Shown here piece after piece: positions 40,111-52,769 of a DNA stretch of 64,000 bases. Positions within the stretch are counted from its first letter, which is position 1, and each line of letters begins with the position of its first letter. Below the pieces are notes generated by a model. That model made no database searches. It worked only from the letters and a program-made list of their open reading frames with translations, and was not told the origin of the DNA. Position numbers and translations under genes: made by a program. Origin of the DNA: Octopus sinensis (Eukaryota); contig NC_042998.1 of NCBI RefSeq assembly GCF_006345805.1, positions 88,288,001 through 88,352,000 of the forward strand. The letters run 5' to 3'.

Positions 40111-41039
40111 GAACCCTGAAATAGATATAAAGTGATGGAAAATGAGGAATATACATCAAGAGACAGTCATATATAGAGAGAGATGTAGAAGAGATTGGTA
40201 GAGATGATGGCAGTGGTACGTCTGTGTGACATCAAACTCTTTTCTTTCTCCTTTCAGTATCTCTCAGATTTTTCTACTTTACCCTCTCTGTATTTACTTC
40301 TCTCGCTTTCGTTCATTACTCCAGAATATTGCAGCAACTCAAATGAAAGGCAAAAGTAGAGAGAGGGAGGGAGGAGGCGAGTGAAATGCTGATGGTGGTG
40401 TTTTGAAAATTCTAAAGTACAGTTCGTTGCTAAACAAGCTTTCCGTGGACTACTAACGTAATTTATGTAGATTGGGTTCAATTAAGGAACGTGTGCAGTT
40501 GTGTATTTAATTACGCAACGATGAGTATTTACAAGGATTTCAGTTAATCCAAATTTAGGACAGCTAAAATCTAAAGATGTATTTTCCTTCAAACCTTTTC
40601 ATCCAATCAATAGCACCTGGATCAAAACAACGATGCAAATTTTAGCGAATTCCATCACTATTATTCTCGAAATTGTTATATATATAAAAACAAATTATTG
40701 AAGAAAGTTTTATTCATCCACTCAGCACAAATAGCTATAATTTCTCCGGTCAACCCTATCTCTCCACACACTACTATAACTATGTGTAATAAATACATCC
40801 AACTATCAACCAATGATGTATCCTTTATGTCGTCACGTAATCTGCTAGAAAAGGTTGTCATATCTATCACCAAACATATACTACATTCTTTACAACAACA
40901 AAAAAGGGATATAATAGATAATGTAGTCTAATAAAAATTATATTCTAAAAGACAGAATTGTCTTTTTCATGGTTTGAATATCTTAGATCATTGACTCAGG
41001 GCTGACAAAAACTACACATATCTATCATCTATTCATATA

Positions 41040-41195
41040 TGTAGAGCGGGGAGTTGTATATGTGTGGAGGGAGTGCTGTTTTATATTTGTGAGGGAAGTT
41101 GTATGTGGGGTGAGTTTTATATGTGGGAGAGAGTTGTATGCGTGTTGGTGGAGTTGTATGTGCATGGGGGGGGGGAGTTGTATGTGTGTTGGTTT
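41040..41195 (+). repeat. Degenerate G-rich minisatellite, ~7 units of ~20 bp (GAGTTGTATGTG..GG)
   Basis: GAGTTGTAT or a close variant recurs about every 17-25 bp. Confidence 0.65.
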
Positions 41196-41349
41196 ATTTT
41201 CTGTACCTAATTGCTTTTGTGTGGTAGATAATACTTGTTTTTGCCCCTTTATTTGAAAGCGTATAAAGTACACATATATAAATGTGCATATACACACACG
41301 AGCGTGCACGCAAGAACGCACACATATAATTAAGAAAAAGAAACTCGTT

Positions 41350-41570
41350 TCGGTTTCTGTGGCAGTTAATCACTGAGAGTGGAAAACTATCCTACTGGAC
41401 AAGTCACCAGTCCATTGCAATGTTAACTCCTCAGCTTCCACTATGGCTCATTTCCAAATGAGTGGTGTGAAACAGCGTGAAAAGAAATGCCTTGCTCAAG
41501 AACAAGGTACCACCCTACCGAGAACCGAACTCACAATCTAATGATTCTGATCCCAACACGCAAACCACAA
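41350..41570 (-). mobile_element. Degenerate family B (CORE-like) SINE
   Basis: GTGAAAAGAAATGCCTTGCTCAAGAACA...GAGAACCGAACTCACAATC parallels 57860-57925. Confidence 0.5.
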
Positions 41571-41659
41571 AACCACTCAATTTCCAAGACACACACACAA
41601 ATAAACACAAGCAAAAAACATCACACACATATGCGTTTATGTATTTATGTTCATGGGTA

Positions 41660-41722
<63 letters not shown>

Positions 41723-42276
41723 GTGTGCGCAAGCGTATGCATTTATATTCTTACAACCGAAGCCTGAAAAATGCTGATATAAAAATACGAAAAAGAATAT
41801 GTTTTCATAACAACAACTTTAATCCCTATTTACGGAAAGATAAGCACGGGAGAAGGAAAAAATATTAATTTGTGAAGCAATCTTACACAAATCGTATCGC
41901 CGGTAGTCGTCTAGTTACAACTGATTTTCAACGATATTATCGCATTTTTTTTATTGTAGCTTGCCAGATTCGCCATCTTAAATGAATTTTATTTGCGCGG
42001 GGAGTAGAAAAATATCGATAACAATAACCATTTCCGTCTCTTCGTGACTTGCCAGCTAATCCTGGCAGTTATCCCATTAGCTAAATCATCATTCAGAGAC
42101 TCACTTATTTTTCTATCTTTTACTCTATTTGTTCGTTTAATTATTTTTGTTACCATTGAAAACTGAATGTTATGTCGCAAGGTAGCTCAAAAGGGAATAG
42201 TGAGTGTGTGTACACATATAAATGTATAAATATATATGTGTATGTGTATGTGTGTGTATGTGTATGTATATATGTG

Positions 42277-42319
<43 letters not shown>

Positions 42320-42321
<2 letters not shown>

Positions 42322-42470
42322 GGGCTGCTACCCGGCAGTCATTAGAGCATCGGATTGTTAGTTTTACACTAATAGTTCCGGTTCCCTGTGTTCTAAGATT
42401 ATTTCCACCCAAGTCAACTTAACTTTTCATCGATTCGGGGTCGATAAAGTACCAGTTCTGTACTAGTGTC
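42320..42470 (+). mobile_element. Degenerate family A SINE
   Basis: AAGTCAACTTAACTTTTCATCGATTCGGGGTCGATAAAGTACCAGTT. Confidence 0.6.
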
Positions 42471-42567
42471 GATTATTTTCTTTCTCTCTCTTTCGTTCTA
42501 CTTGTTTGCCACGGTTTCTCTGATAAAACAGTTCATACATACATACATACATACATACATACATACA

Positions 42568-42601
<34 letters not shown>

Positions 42602-42621
42602 CACACAGACAGACACACACG

Positions 42622-42687
<66 letters not shown>

Positions 42688-42774
42688 CATACATATTTAG
42701 GAATGAGCCAAAGAGAGAGACAGAGACACACATACACACACACGCATATATATATATGTGTGTGTGTATGTATG

Positions 42775-42805
<31 letters not shown>

Positions 42806-42849
42806 GTAAGTATGCATGTATGTATTTACATACATAGGAAAGAGAGAGA

Positions 42850-43000
42850 GGCAGTGAACCGTAGCGGCAAAGTGGTTAGTGTTATGAATGGAATTTCTTT
42901 CTATGCTGGTTTCGGCTCTGGGTTCTGAGTTCCCATTTCCCTATTTATCTTTACGTTTCGTCTTGTGGGGGTCGATAAATAAGGTATTAGTCCATGTGTT
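42850..43000 (+). mobile_element. Degenerate family A-like SINE
   Basis: GCGGCAAAGTGGTTAG (A-box-like), TTCTGAGTTCCC, GGGGGTCGATAAATAAGGTA. Confidence 0.5.
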
Positions 43001-43399
43001 AGATTGGGGGAATTATTAGGTTGTCGAACAGGATATTTATTAGAGTCATCTTCGGTTCATTGTGTCGTGACAGCTGCGCCTGGGATGGCACTGGTTCCAA
43101 ATTACATTTTCTCTTGCCTTTCCAATGGACATCAGGGGAGAGAAAAGGAAAGACAGACATGCATGGTCTCCTTTTAAAAAAAAGTAATTTTCCCATGCTT
43201 GCGCCTCCGTAAGGGACAGTCCAGGTGCCTACATGTAGTCTCAGTTGATATTGGAGGCTTACATGTGGATACATGTATATTTGTGTGTGTGTGTATAAAC
43301 ACTCACACACACACATGCATGCATGCATCTGTGTATGCACCTATGAATGTATCACTTATCCTATTCATAATGTCCAATTACAAAACATGGTTTGTGACT

Positions 43400-44613
43400 A
43401 AGAAATAATAATAAGTTATTTTTTAAATCTAAAATATACTCTCCTTCATTTTCTACAATGCTTTTCCATCTGTCTGGTAGACTTTCAAGGCCCTCTTCCA
43501 AAATTCGCTTGTCCCTGACTAAAATACTCCTCCAGTACTCTTCTGACCTCGTCTACATAATTCATATTTTTTTCTGTCCAAATGATTTTGAAAACTGCGG
43601 AATAAATGATAATCACATGGGGCAATGTCCGGCGAATATGGTGGGTGATGCATCGTTTCCCTTTCAAACTGCTCCAGCCTTTGGAATGTCATCCTCGCTG
43701 TATGTGGCCGAGGATTATCCTGATGGAAGAACACCTTTCGTCTTGAAACCAAAGATGGTCGCTTTTTCTCGCGCTGAATTAAGCCGCTCAAGCTTCTCAC
43801 AGTAGATTTCCTTTGTTATCATTTGGTTTGGGTTTAGGAGTTCAAAGTGGACTAAACCTTTTATATCCCACCAAACAGATAATAACACCTTACGTGGGTG
43901 AAAACCTTCTCTATCCTGGGGTGCCAGTGTTTCTCCTTTCCTTACCCGCTGACTTCAGCGCTTGACATTTTTATAGAGAACCCATTTCTCGTCACCAGTC
44001 AATATTCGGTCCAAAAATGTTCATTCGTGAGACGTGACAGCAAAGAAGAGCACACTTTCACTCTCTGCGCACGATTAAACTCGGAAAGTTTGTGAGAAAC
44101 CCACTGACCCAATTTGCTGACTTTTCCGATGGCACGCAGGTATCGATGAATGGTTGAATGATCAAATCCAAGTTTCTCTGCTAGTTCCTCAACAGTTACG
44201 ATGGGATTTTGTTCCACCAGGGTTTGAAGAACGTTCTCATCTAGCTCTACAGATCTTCCAGGAAGAGGCTCGTCTTCTAGGCTGTAGTTTCCAGCTCGGA
44301 ATTTCTGGAACCACCTTTGACACTAATATACGCTTATTGTCCGATCCCCATATACTGCATTAATGTTCTTCGCACTTCCCGTTGCGTTGCTTCCTTAATT
44401 GAACTCATGAAGCCGAATATGTTCTTTTGCCACTTCCATTTTAGCTTTGAAAAATATAACTGTTAAAATCAAACTGCACTCTTCAAAACTTGCACTAAGC
44501 ATAAGAGCAAGGTAAAATTATTACCTGCTTTTACAGCAAGTTCATGCAGGTAATTTATCCCGTCTTTAAGTTCATGCAGTTGAAAAAACTACATTATTTA
44601 TGGGATGATCTTG
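43400..44613 (-). mobile_element. Decayed mariner (Tc1/mariner, DD34D) transposon, ~1.2 kb
   Basis: The right terminus on the minus strand reads TA|CAAGATCATCCCATAAATAATGTAGTTTTTT. The left TIR is degenerate. A transposase remnant lies inside. Confidence 0.9.
43425..44439 (-). pseudogene. Mariner transposase pseudogene (stops and frameshifts)
   Basis: MEVAKEHIR... start at 44439; HTH ...EELAEKLGFDHSTIHRYLRAIG; WVSHKL (WVPHEL motif); HQDNPRPH...YSPDIAPCDYHLF with 34 residues between the two catalytic Asp. Confidence 0.92.
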
Positions 44614-45712
44614 TATATACAAAAAATTTAAATCGTATTATAAGTTAGATAAATGTCAAATTATTGTATAAAGCTAGACAGTCATTAAAAATATGTCACA
44701 TATTTCTCTTTGAAGAATTTCTTTTGGGTGAATAAGTATTTAACAGTCTTATTAAATTGGTTGATAACCACAGCAAGTTTTAATTCCGAAAGCTTATTTT
44801 AGCAACGCATTTATTTCTAAAGTGACTCTAACTAATATGCGAACTTAAAAATATTGTTTGACAGATTACCTGCAGAAATACAGAAGAATTTATCATGCAA
44901 TAAATCAATTTCCAATGATATATTACATAATTATTTGGCCGTTACATTAATTGCTTCAAACTTACACCTTAACTACCTACTAGTAAACCCATCATCAAAT
45001 TAAAGTTGTGATAATCAATTCTTGGAGCTATCCAAATTCTTTTTAATGTTAACGTGACCCAACGCATGGCTCTGTCCGAAATTTCACCACTCACTTCTCT
45101 TAACTGCACATCAGTTTATTATACTTTGCCAAATATTTAAATCAATCCCGCTCTCTTCCTGGTCGAGTTTTCTCTTCTTTTATTTTATTACTGTTTGAGT
45201 TTTGTATCATAACAGTACTAACACATTACTCAATCATATTTCTCTAGGGTGGATGAAAAACCAGTTTGTTATTGCTTCATTTCCGTTCATATGTGTGTGT
45301 GTGTGTGGTGTGTGTGTGTGCGCGCGCGCACATGTGTACATACTCCAGGGAATTACTATGTCCTGTCACTTAGAATAAAAACTTAAAGATGTCTGAAAGT
45401 GCATAAATATTTAATCCATAATAGTTTATCCGAAAAATACATTTTGTTGGACTAACGATTATGAATTAAATGTTATATATATCAACGAAAACCTCGCAAA
45501 AATGTTAATGCTCATTTTTATTTTTCTATATCTACTGAGGTTTTTAACTGCGGGTTGTTTTGTCAAAACTCACGACACGTCCGATCTCTATAAAGAGCTG
45601 ATAATACATAAAACGCAGTCACCCGCTCAGTGAACCAAACAAATACCGAATAATAGAAACTATCAGACTACAGAAAATAACCGTTGAATAATGATATTGG
45701 ATAGTTTAGAAA

Positions 45713-45945
45713 GGCGGCGAGCTGGCAGAACCGTTAGCACACCGGGCGAAATGCGTAGCCGTATTTCGTCTGCCGTTACGTTCTGAGTTCAAATTCCGCC
45801 GAGGTCGACTTTGCCTTTCATCTTTTCGGGGTCGATAAATTAAGTACCAGTTACGCACTGGGGTCGATGTAATCGACTTAATTCGTTTGTCTGTTCTTGT
45901 TTGTCCCCTCTATGTTTAGCCCCTTGTGGGTAATAAAGAAACAGA
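45713..45945 (+). mobile_element. Well-preserved full-length family A SINE (tail type 2)
   Basis: GGCGGCGAGCTGGCAGAACCGTTAGC...GAGTTCAAATTCCGCCGAGGTCGACTTTGCCTTTCATC...GGGGTCGATAAATTAAGTACCAG...CCCCTTGTGGGTAATAAAGAAA. The central domain resembles that of widely distributed metazoan SINE superfamilies (Meta/Nin-type; unverified). Confidence 0.92.
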
Positions 45946-46635
45946 TATTGGTTAGTCTAGAATAATACTCAGAACTCAAGTACCACCAGAAATTTAGTAT
46001 TGTTTTTATGGCGTCACACTTCGCCATTTCTTTTTAAATATCTGATATTAATTCATTAATCTAGATGCGAGGAGTTTTTTTTACGATAGAAAAGTTTATA
46101 TTTGCCTGTGTTGCTTTCTTACTGAGAAATTTTTCAGGAGAGGTTTAGACAATAGAATTAATGATCGACAATACTGTATCTGTTTTATCGATTCTAGTAG
46201 AATAAAAAACGAAATCAGTGTTATCTGGATTCAATTTCAAAGTGTAAATGGATGAAGTTAAATACTTTGAGGTATTTAGACCTACGATTTATTGCTTGCT
46301 TTTTTGCCATTTCACCCTTCCTAAACTTTCAATGAAAATTTACGATTTAATTATAGCATTTGAGGTAGTTGAGTACGAAACATGAACAGTAAATGTTGCT
46401 TAATGTTTAATATTGAAAATGTCGTTTAAATCGTAGATTACAGAGCCATTAGAACAGTGGACACTGTGGTCTTTAGTAGTTATTCCTTTACGTTGTATTC
46501 AATTCTTATTCAGGGTTATATTTTCATTTTATCTTTTTATGCTCTATAAAATGTCCTCGAGTTAAGTGATAGAATAGATGATCAGCAATAGTGTTCTCGC
46601 AAAATACGTGGACATGATCCAATGGTAGTATTAGT

Positions 46636-46728
46636 TTTTAATATTAACACGGCGAATGAGGTGAGCTTCTATTTATTTATTTATTTATTTATTTTAATAT
46701 TAACACGGCGAATGAGGTGAGCTTCTAT

Positions 46729-46770
<42 letters not shown>
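46636..46770 (+). repeat. 56-bp tandem duplication ending in (TTTA)n
   Basis: TAACACGGCGAATGAGGTGAGCTTCTATTT occurs at 46645 and 46701. Confidence 0.9.
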
Positions 46771-46779
<9 letters not shown>

Positions 46780-46882
46780 TCTATTATTGGAGGTTTTCTT
46801 AGTCGCACAGAATCAGTTGGCTGATAGAGTAAATTGAAAAACTTAGTGTTATAGTACGTAGTCACGACTTTCTGAGTTCAAA

Positions 46883-47641
46883 CAATACTGGGATCTTTAC
46901 CTTTTGACCGACAGATTTTAAAAAATAATTTTTTGTAACTAAACACTTTCAAACTTCTTATACTGGTAGAATGTGTCACATAAAACATCTTTTACTTTTG
47001 GCGTTGTTGAGAAAATTCTGTATTTTGGAAGTTATTTTTTTGTTAAAGTTGTATTTGGGTAATTTCAACCAATCAATGACGTGTGTTCAGCTGAATAAAA
47101 TTACTGCAGTTGTTTGTCAACAACAACTTCCGGCGGTGTATATTTCGTTTTTCACTGTTATTTATGACATATTTCATCTCAGTTACGTTCGTATGAATAA
47201 ACGAGTGTATCTGAAGCATGTTTTCTTCATGGCACCACCATAATCATTCGTGCTTCATTTTTAATTTTTTTTCCGTTACTCTAACCCTAAAACCCCAACC
47301 CTAACCCTAACCCTAAAACCTTAAAGCTAAAACCAGTACAAACGCACGAACGATGTCATAAATAACAGTGACAAACGAAATATACACCACCGATAGTTGT
47401 TGTTGAGAAACAACGGCAGTAATTTTATTCAGCCGAATACACGTCATGGATTGGTTGAAATTACTGAAATACGACAACTTTAGCTAAAAATAACTTCCAA
47501 AATACAGAATTTTCTCAACAACGCCAAGAGTAAAAGATGTTTTATGTGACACATTCAACAAGTATACGAAGTTTGAAAGTGTTTAGTTACAAAAAATTAT
47601 TTTTTAAATCTGTCAGTCACAAGGTGAAGATCCCAATACTG
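46883..47641. mobile_element. Long-TIR foldback element (~288-bp arms, ~90% identical by eye) with an internal (CCCTAA)n-like tract
   Basis: Arms 46883-47170 / 47353-47641. CTAACCCTAAAACCCCAACCCTAACCCTAACCCTAAAACC lies at 47281-47320. Confidence 0.88.
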
Positions 47642-49621
47642 GAAAACATAGCTTTTCATCAACCCATCGATGGACAAAAATTAATCCAGTCAACTACATC
47701 CTTCCATTTATTATCTATCAGATTTATTTACATATCTGTAACCTTCAACTAATTACTAATGAAGTTAATGAGTATTATGACAATGGGGTGTGATGTGTAA
47801 CCGAAATACTAGAGTACTAAATTAGATACTTATTTTGTATTTAATTACAAGACGGGCTTTTCTGGGTTCACAACTCCCCGGAAAGCACTTTGGCGTTTAT
47901 CTTTCAGCCATCAATAAGTGTTGGTTATAATTGTTCGATTCAAAAGATTTTCTTACAAAAACTGGAAAATAGAAAGAAACTTGTCTTTTCAGCTATCCGA
48001 GAAATTTACCATGACTACAGTTACTGCACCTGATTTTACAAAACACTTTTACAAAACTTCTGAAGGGTCATACGAGTACAAGCTTTCATTACATTCTTTG
48101 AAAAAATTGCCTTACGTGTCTATTTCATTGTAGATCTGAGCATTTAAGTTCTTTATAACCAGGAGTTCTGGATATTATATAGATTTTATATTAGTCTTTT
48201 AGCATTTATATCTATCAGCTACAATGTTGTCTTTCTAAAAAGGCATATAGACAATCATGTTATGACTTCTGTTTTCCCATGCTACTTTTATTTAACTACA
48301 GCTTGGTCGCCAAAGAAACTCTTGAGAAATCTTGAGATTATTTGCACAGAACTGTTTAAGCAAATGAGAATAGAATTTTAGATAAATAATAACGTTTTCA
48401 GCTCATTGCCTGTAACAACACATTTACGAGGCAATAGTTGTTTCCCGTTTGTTTTTCTTCAATAGTCTTGCAATCAACAGTCAATTATATCAGTGATTAT
48501 TATCTTCTCAACTGTTATCAAAATATCGTTTGATTATTATTAGCTATTGTAAGGATATAAGAATGTTAGTTTGCAATCATATGGCGCTTCGTGTGATAGT
48601 TATCATCTTCACTGCAATATTACTTTACAAATATTCCTGTTTTAACTTTTAGTTAGATTGTTTTTATATGTATGTAAGTGACGTTTATTCTCGTTTTACA
48701 TTGTGATAACATGTTAAAAGACATTTAATCTCTAGATAGAGCATAAATTTCTTTTCCCGTGACTACTTGGGTAGGTTTTAAGTTCACCTTTAAATTGTTA
48801 AATTTGTAAATAATTTTAACTCTGTGTTAGACCCTCTTAATAAAGGAATACGAAAGGTTAAATAGAGCAAGAAACGATCTAAAGTATGGAGAAAATATCT
48901 TTTCAAATTGTCATGTGGAATTTTTATTTTGACAACAGTATCTTTTCGAATATCGTTTCTATTTTAACAAACGAACCGCGATATCTCTCTCTTTCTCTCG
49001 CACACGCGCACACACATTTAAACACGCTTACACTTCCATATACACGCACACGCTCTAAGTCTGACATATATTTATGACTGTGTCACCAACTTATATGTAT
49101 AGACAGATGTATTTATGTATGCACATTATGTATTACTGTACATTTGTACGAGATTCTCATATTGCTTACGTTGTTATTAAAATAGTTGTGTTATACAATT
49201 TTGACGCCAAGAAGACTGACAGAAAAAGAAGATGAGCACGTTGAGATGTAGGGCTAGCTTACTAAACATGAAGTTCCTTGGTCACAAACGTAAGCTGCTC
49301 TACATCGGATCTATTTCCAGGAAAGAGAAGAATTCGGCGAGACATATTGATTTCTAAATTAACTCAAGGCTACAAATTTATAGTTTATAAATATAGTCAA
49401 TTAAATTGCCTCCAATATTTATGACAAATACATATTTCGTCAACACCGGAGGAATAGAAATTAAAGACATATACGTTAACTCATCGCAGCGTTTTAAACC
49501 AATCCTAGCCCTGGGGTGTCTTTAACAGGGTTCTTTCCTTAGCCAGAAATCGTACCACGTCTTCAATTTGAAGATATCTCAATCTCCTGTTGTGTTTTTC
49601 TTACGGCAGTAAAATGTCAGA

Positions 49622-49732
49622 TTCTTCTTCTTCTTCTTCTTCTTCTTCTTCTTCTTCTTCTTCTTCTTCTTCTTCTTCTTCTTCTTCTTCTTCTTCTTCT
49701 TCTTCTTCATCTTCTTCTTCATCTTCTTCTTC
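49622..49732. repeat. (CTT)n trinucleotide microsatellite
   Basis: Direct reading. It gives the poly-S ORF. Confidence 0.95.
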
Positions 49733-50813
49733 CACACCTCCTGTTTTCAATATCCCCCAATGGTTAGGGTCACTACCCTTCTCCTAACTAAAGTTACAGC
49801 AGTCACTCGGTAGCAAGCAGGATTTCATAGCAGTATGAACTATAATTTCCCAACCTTTGTCCAGCAGAATATTCAGGATGTGGCAGCTAGAGAGAAGGGC
49901 TACACCAGCTTACGCGTAGAACTTATATTTTTCAGTTGAGAAGTCTGGAACCCCGTGAAATGAAATGTTTGGCTCAATCACAGTCACAATTCACTACATG
50001 ATCTATTAATCGAACTCGCTCTCTTATAATTGTGAGCTTAAACTCACATAAACTCAAAATCTAGAGTATGCAACTAAATATTATATAATATGCTAAATTC
50101 AGTGTTCTAAAGTTTCTGCCTTTGATCCGCCTACCTTTGAAACTACTACGAATTTTTAAAATTGGGAGTGAAAAAAAATCTAAGTCAGTTAACCGCATAG
50201 TTTGATAAAATAAAAGTGTTAGATGGTTGCATCCCTGAATTTCATAGGGATTGGATGTGCACATGAAGTAAAATAATTTCAACTGGGAATCGAATTTTTT
50301 TTTTTATTTGGTGTTTAGTTTACTATATTGATTTGTCTATGATTGTCTTCTGTTTCTACGCAGATGAGGTAATATAACCAATGGAAGTTATCCAAGGTGT
50401 GGTTATTGTTAGTTGAAAAATATTAGTGTTTTTACTTTTTACTATATGAAAGATCTTATATGTTTATAAAGGAGTACGATATATAATGTTGTTTCGCTCT
50501 CACCCAAATGAAGCTATTGGGAAATCAAAATAGCAATTGCAAACTTGCCTTTCCGGTAGAAAGCCTCTTGCTCTACGTCTCTCTCCACAAACAATAATAC
50601 AATACTGATTATTAGTTATTAGTAGTTGCTAAGGTGATTTAGTTACGTCATCACTACATTATAACGTCACTATAACATTTCATAACAATTACTTGTCCAT
50701 TTTGTTACAAATCTCGATCTTATCGAATGAACTGGTGAAAGCTTTTATCATGAAATAACAAAAAGAAAAAAACAATAATCGTTGTTTATTGAGCAAGTAG
50801 GAAGGTATTTTAG

Positions 50814-51060
50814 TATTCTTTTATTCTTTTATTTGTGTCAGTCATTTGACTGCGGACATGCTGGAGCACCGCCTTTAGTCGAGCAAATCGACCCGAGGAC
50901 TTATTCCTTGTAAGCCTAGTACTTATTCCATCGGTCTCTCTTGCCGAACCGCTAAGTGACGGGGACGCAAACACACCAGCATCGGTTGTCAAGCGATGTT
51001 GGTGGGACAAACACAGACACACAAACATACACACACACATACACACACACACATACACAC
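50814..51060 (-). mobile_element. CORE-type SINE 3' tail
   Basis: Reverse complement of the 22850-23035 tail, well preserved. Confidence 0.88.
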
Positions 51061-51079
51061 ACATATATATATATATATA

Positions 51080-51240
51080 GGGGGGAATTCACAAAAAAAA
51101 ACAAAAGACGAAGACAGGTGGTGTAGAAAACAAACAAATGTATTAGTATAACGCTCGGGAATTGAAACATTCTTTAACGTTTCGAGCCTACGCTCTTCCA
51201 CAGAAAGGAACACAGAAAGAAACAAGAAGAGAAAAAATGT
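51080..51240 (-). mobile_element. Penelope-like pLTR fragment with a minimal HHR-like motif (51172-51207)
   Basis: The minus strand reads CUUU-CUGUGGA-A-GAGC-GUAG-GCUC-GAAA-CG-UU-AAAG. Stem II is a perfect 4 bp, stem III is the palindromic ACGU, and stem I is CUUU/AAAG. The core has U in place of A6. Confidence 0.55.
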
Positions 51241-51404
51241 GTGTAGTGGCTATCGATCTATCATGGCGAATGCCGGACAGAAAGGTCGCACAGGAGAGCT
51301 AAGAAGAAGGGGAGATAACAAAGTAGTAGTGATCCCAAACTTACTGCTCTTTAGTTTCAGTAAGGCAGGAACTTCATAAAGCCTACCTCATCTTTCTTTG
51401 AAAT

Positions 51405-51578
51405 AATATATATATGACGGGATTCTTTCAGTTTCCGTCTACCAAATCCACTCACAAGGCTTTGGTCGTCCTGAAGCTATAGTAGAAGACACTTGCCCAA
51501 GGTACCACGCAGTGGAACTGAACCCGGAACCATGTGGTTGGTAAGTAAGCTACTTACCACACAGCCACTCCTGCGCCT
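51405..51578 (-). mobile_element. CORE-type SINE head and core, well preserved
   Basis: The minus strand reads GGCGCAGGAGTGGCTGTGTGGTAAG...GGTTCCGGGTTCAGTTCCACTGCGTGGTACCTTGGGCAAGTGTCTTCTAC, including the CORE motif CCTTGGGCAAGT. Confidence 0.9.
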
Positions 51579-52723
51579 TTATCTTTATCTTTGATGAAAA
51601 TCTTTGTGACATGGTTTTTGTTTCCGCTCTTTTTGTGTGTGTGAGTGAGGTATTTTTTCTTTTCTTTTGTTATTTCATTTCATTTACGTAAGCACTGCTC
51701 TTTAGTTTCAGTAAGGCAGGAACTTCATAAAGCCTACCTCATCTTCCTTTGAAATTTATGAATAAAATCATTAATGGAGTAATACAGGTTATTATGTGAA
51801 ATAATTGAGATTAAGGTTTTCACTGATCAGTAGCGTAGCTAAAGTGTGTGCCACTCGTAGCTACACTTGAGTTTACCACTACGTCCAAGGAGTATGAACC
51901 TATAGAAGGTTACATAACAAACCCAAAAGGGCCGCTTCCTTAAAAGCATCGTTCTGAATGTACGACCCCCTCGTTACGCTGCTGCTTTTAGTTCTAACAT
52001 ATTTCACCTGCAAATAGATCAAGTAATAAACGTCCGAGGTCCAAAGAGAGATACAGAATATATGACTGAAAATGAAAAAAATACTCAGAACAAATAAGTA
52101 ATTAACATTAAAAAATACTCATAATGAAAAAGAAATATTTTATTAATAGTTATTCTGCTAAATAAAATTTCAATTTTTTTTAAAGAAAAATAGCCAATGT
52201 TATCAAGTTATTCAGCAGATTTATTTCCATTTGCAAGGATTGGAAAGGAAAATCAGACGCTTGACTATTTTTTCATTTCGTTCTTGAATCTGACGAACGA
52301 AACAGCAAAATGTCCAGGCTCTTTCCTTAGTGCTACACTTCTTAACTATTGTCTTCAGTAGCTTCTGCTGCAAATAATATATATATCCATTTCTTCATTT
52401 TCTCCTGGACAAATTTATATCTTCAACTCATTAATCGTAGATATATCTACAAATTTAGAGAAAAAAACCTAAAAAAGAAGTGCATAATTGCTTGGAAATC
52501 ATTTGTCACTAGCGTATACATACAACACACAGACATACACATGTTTATGTATAGGTAGGTGCAGATACATAAATATATACATATGTAATTATATATGCAC
52601 AAATATCTGTGTGTGTGTCCGTATGCGTGTGTATGTATATTTACATACAATTATATATATATATATTTAATTGTACGTAAATAAACACACCTTCCGACAC
52701 TCACACATACACACACGCACGCG

Positions 52724-52769
<46 letters not shown>

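Noticed and set aside
45713-45800. tRNA gene (A and B boxes present)
   Set aside because: The boxes belong to SINE heads, with no cloverleaf and a SINE core and tail directly downstream.
47281-47320. True telomere or chromosome end
   Set aside because: Only a few partly degenerate units, enclosed within an inverted-repeat element in the middle of the window.
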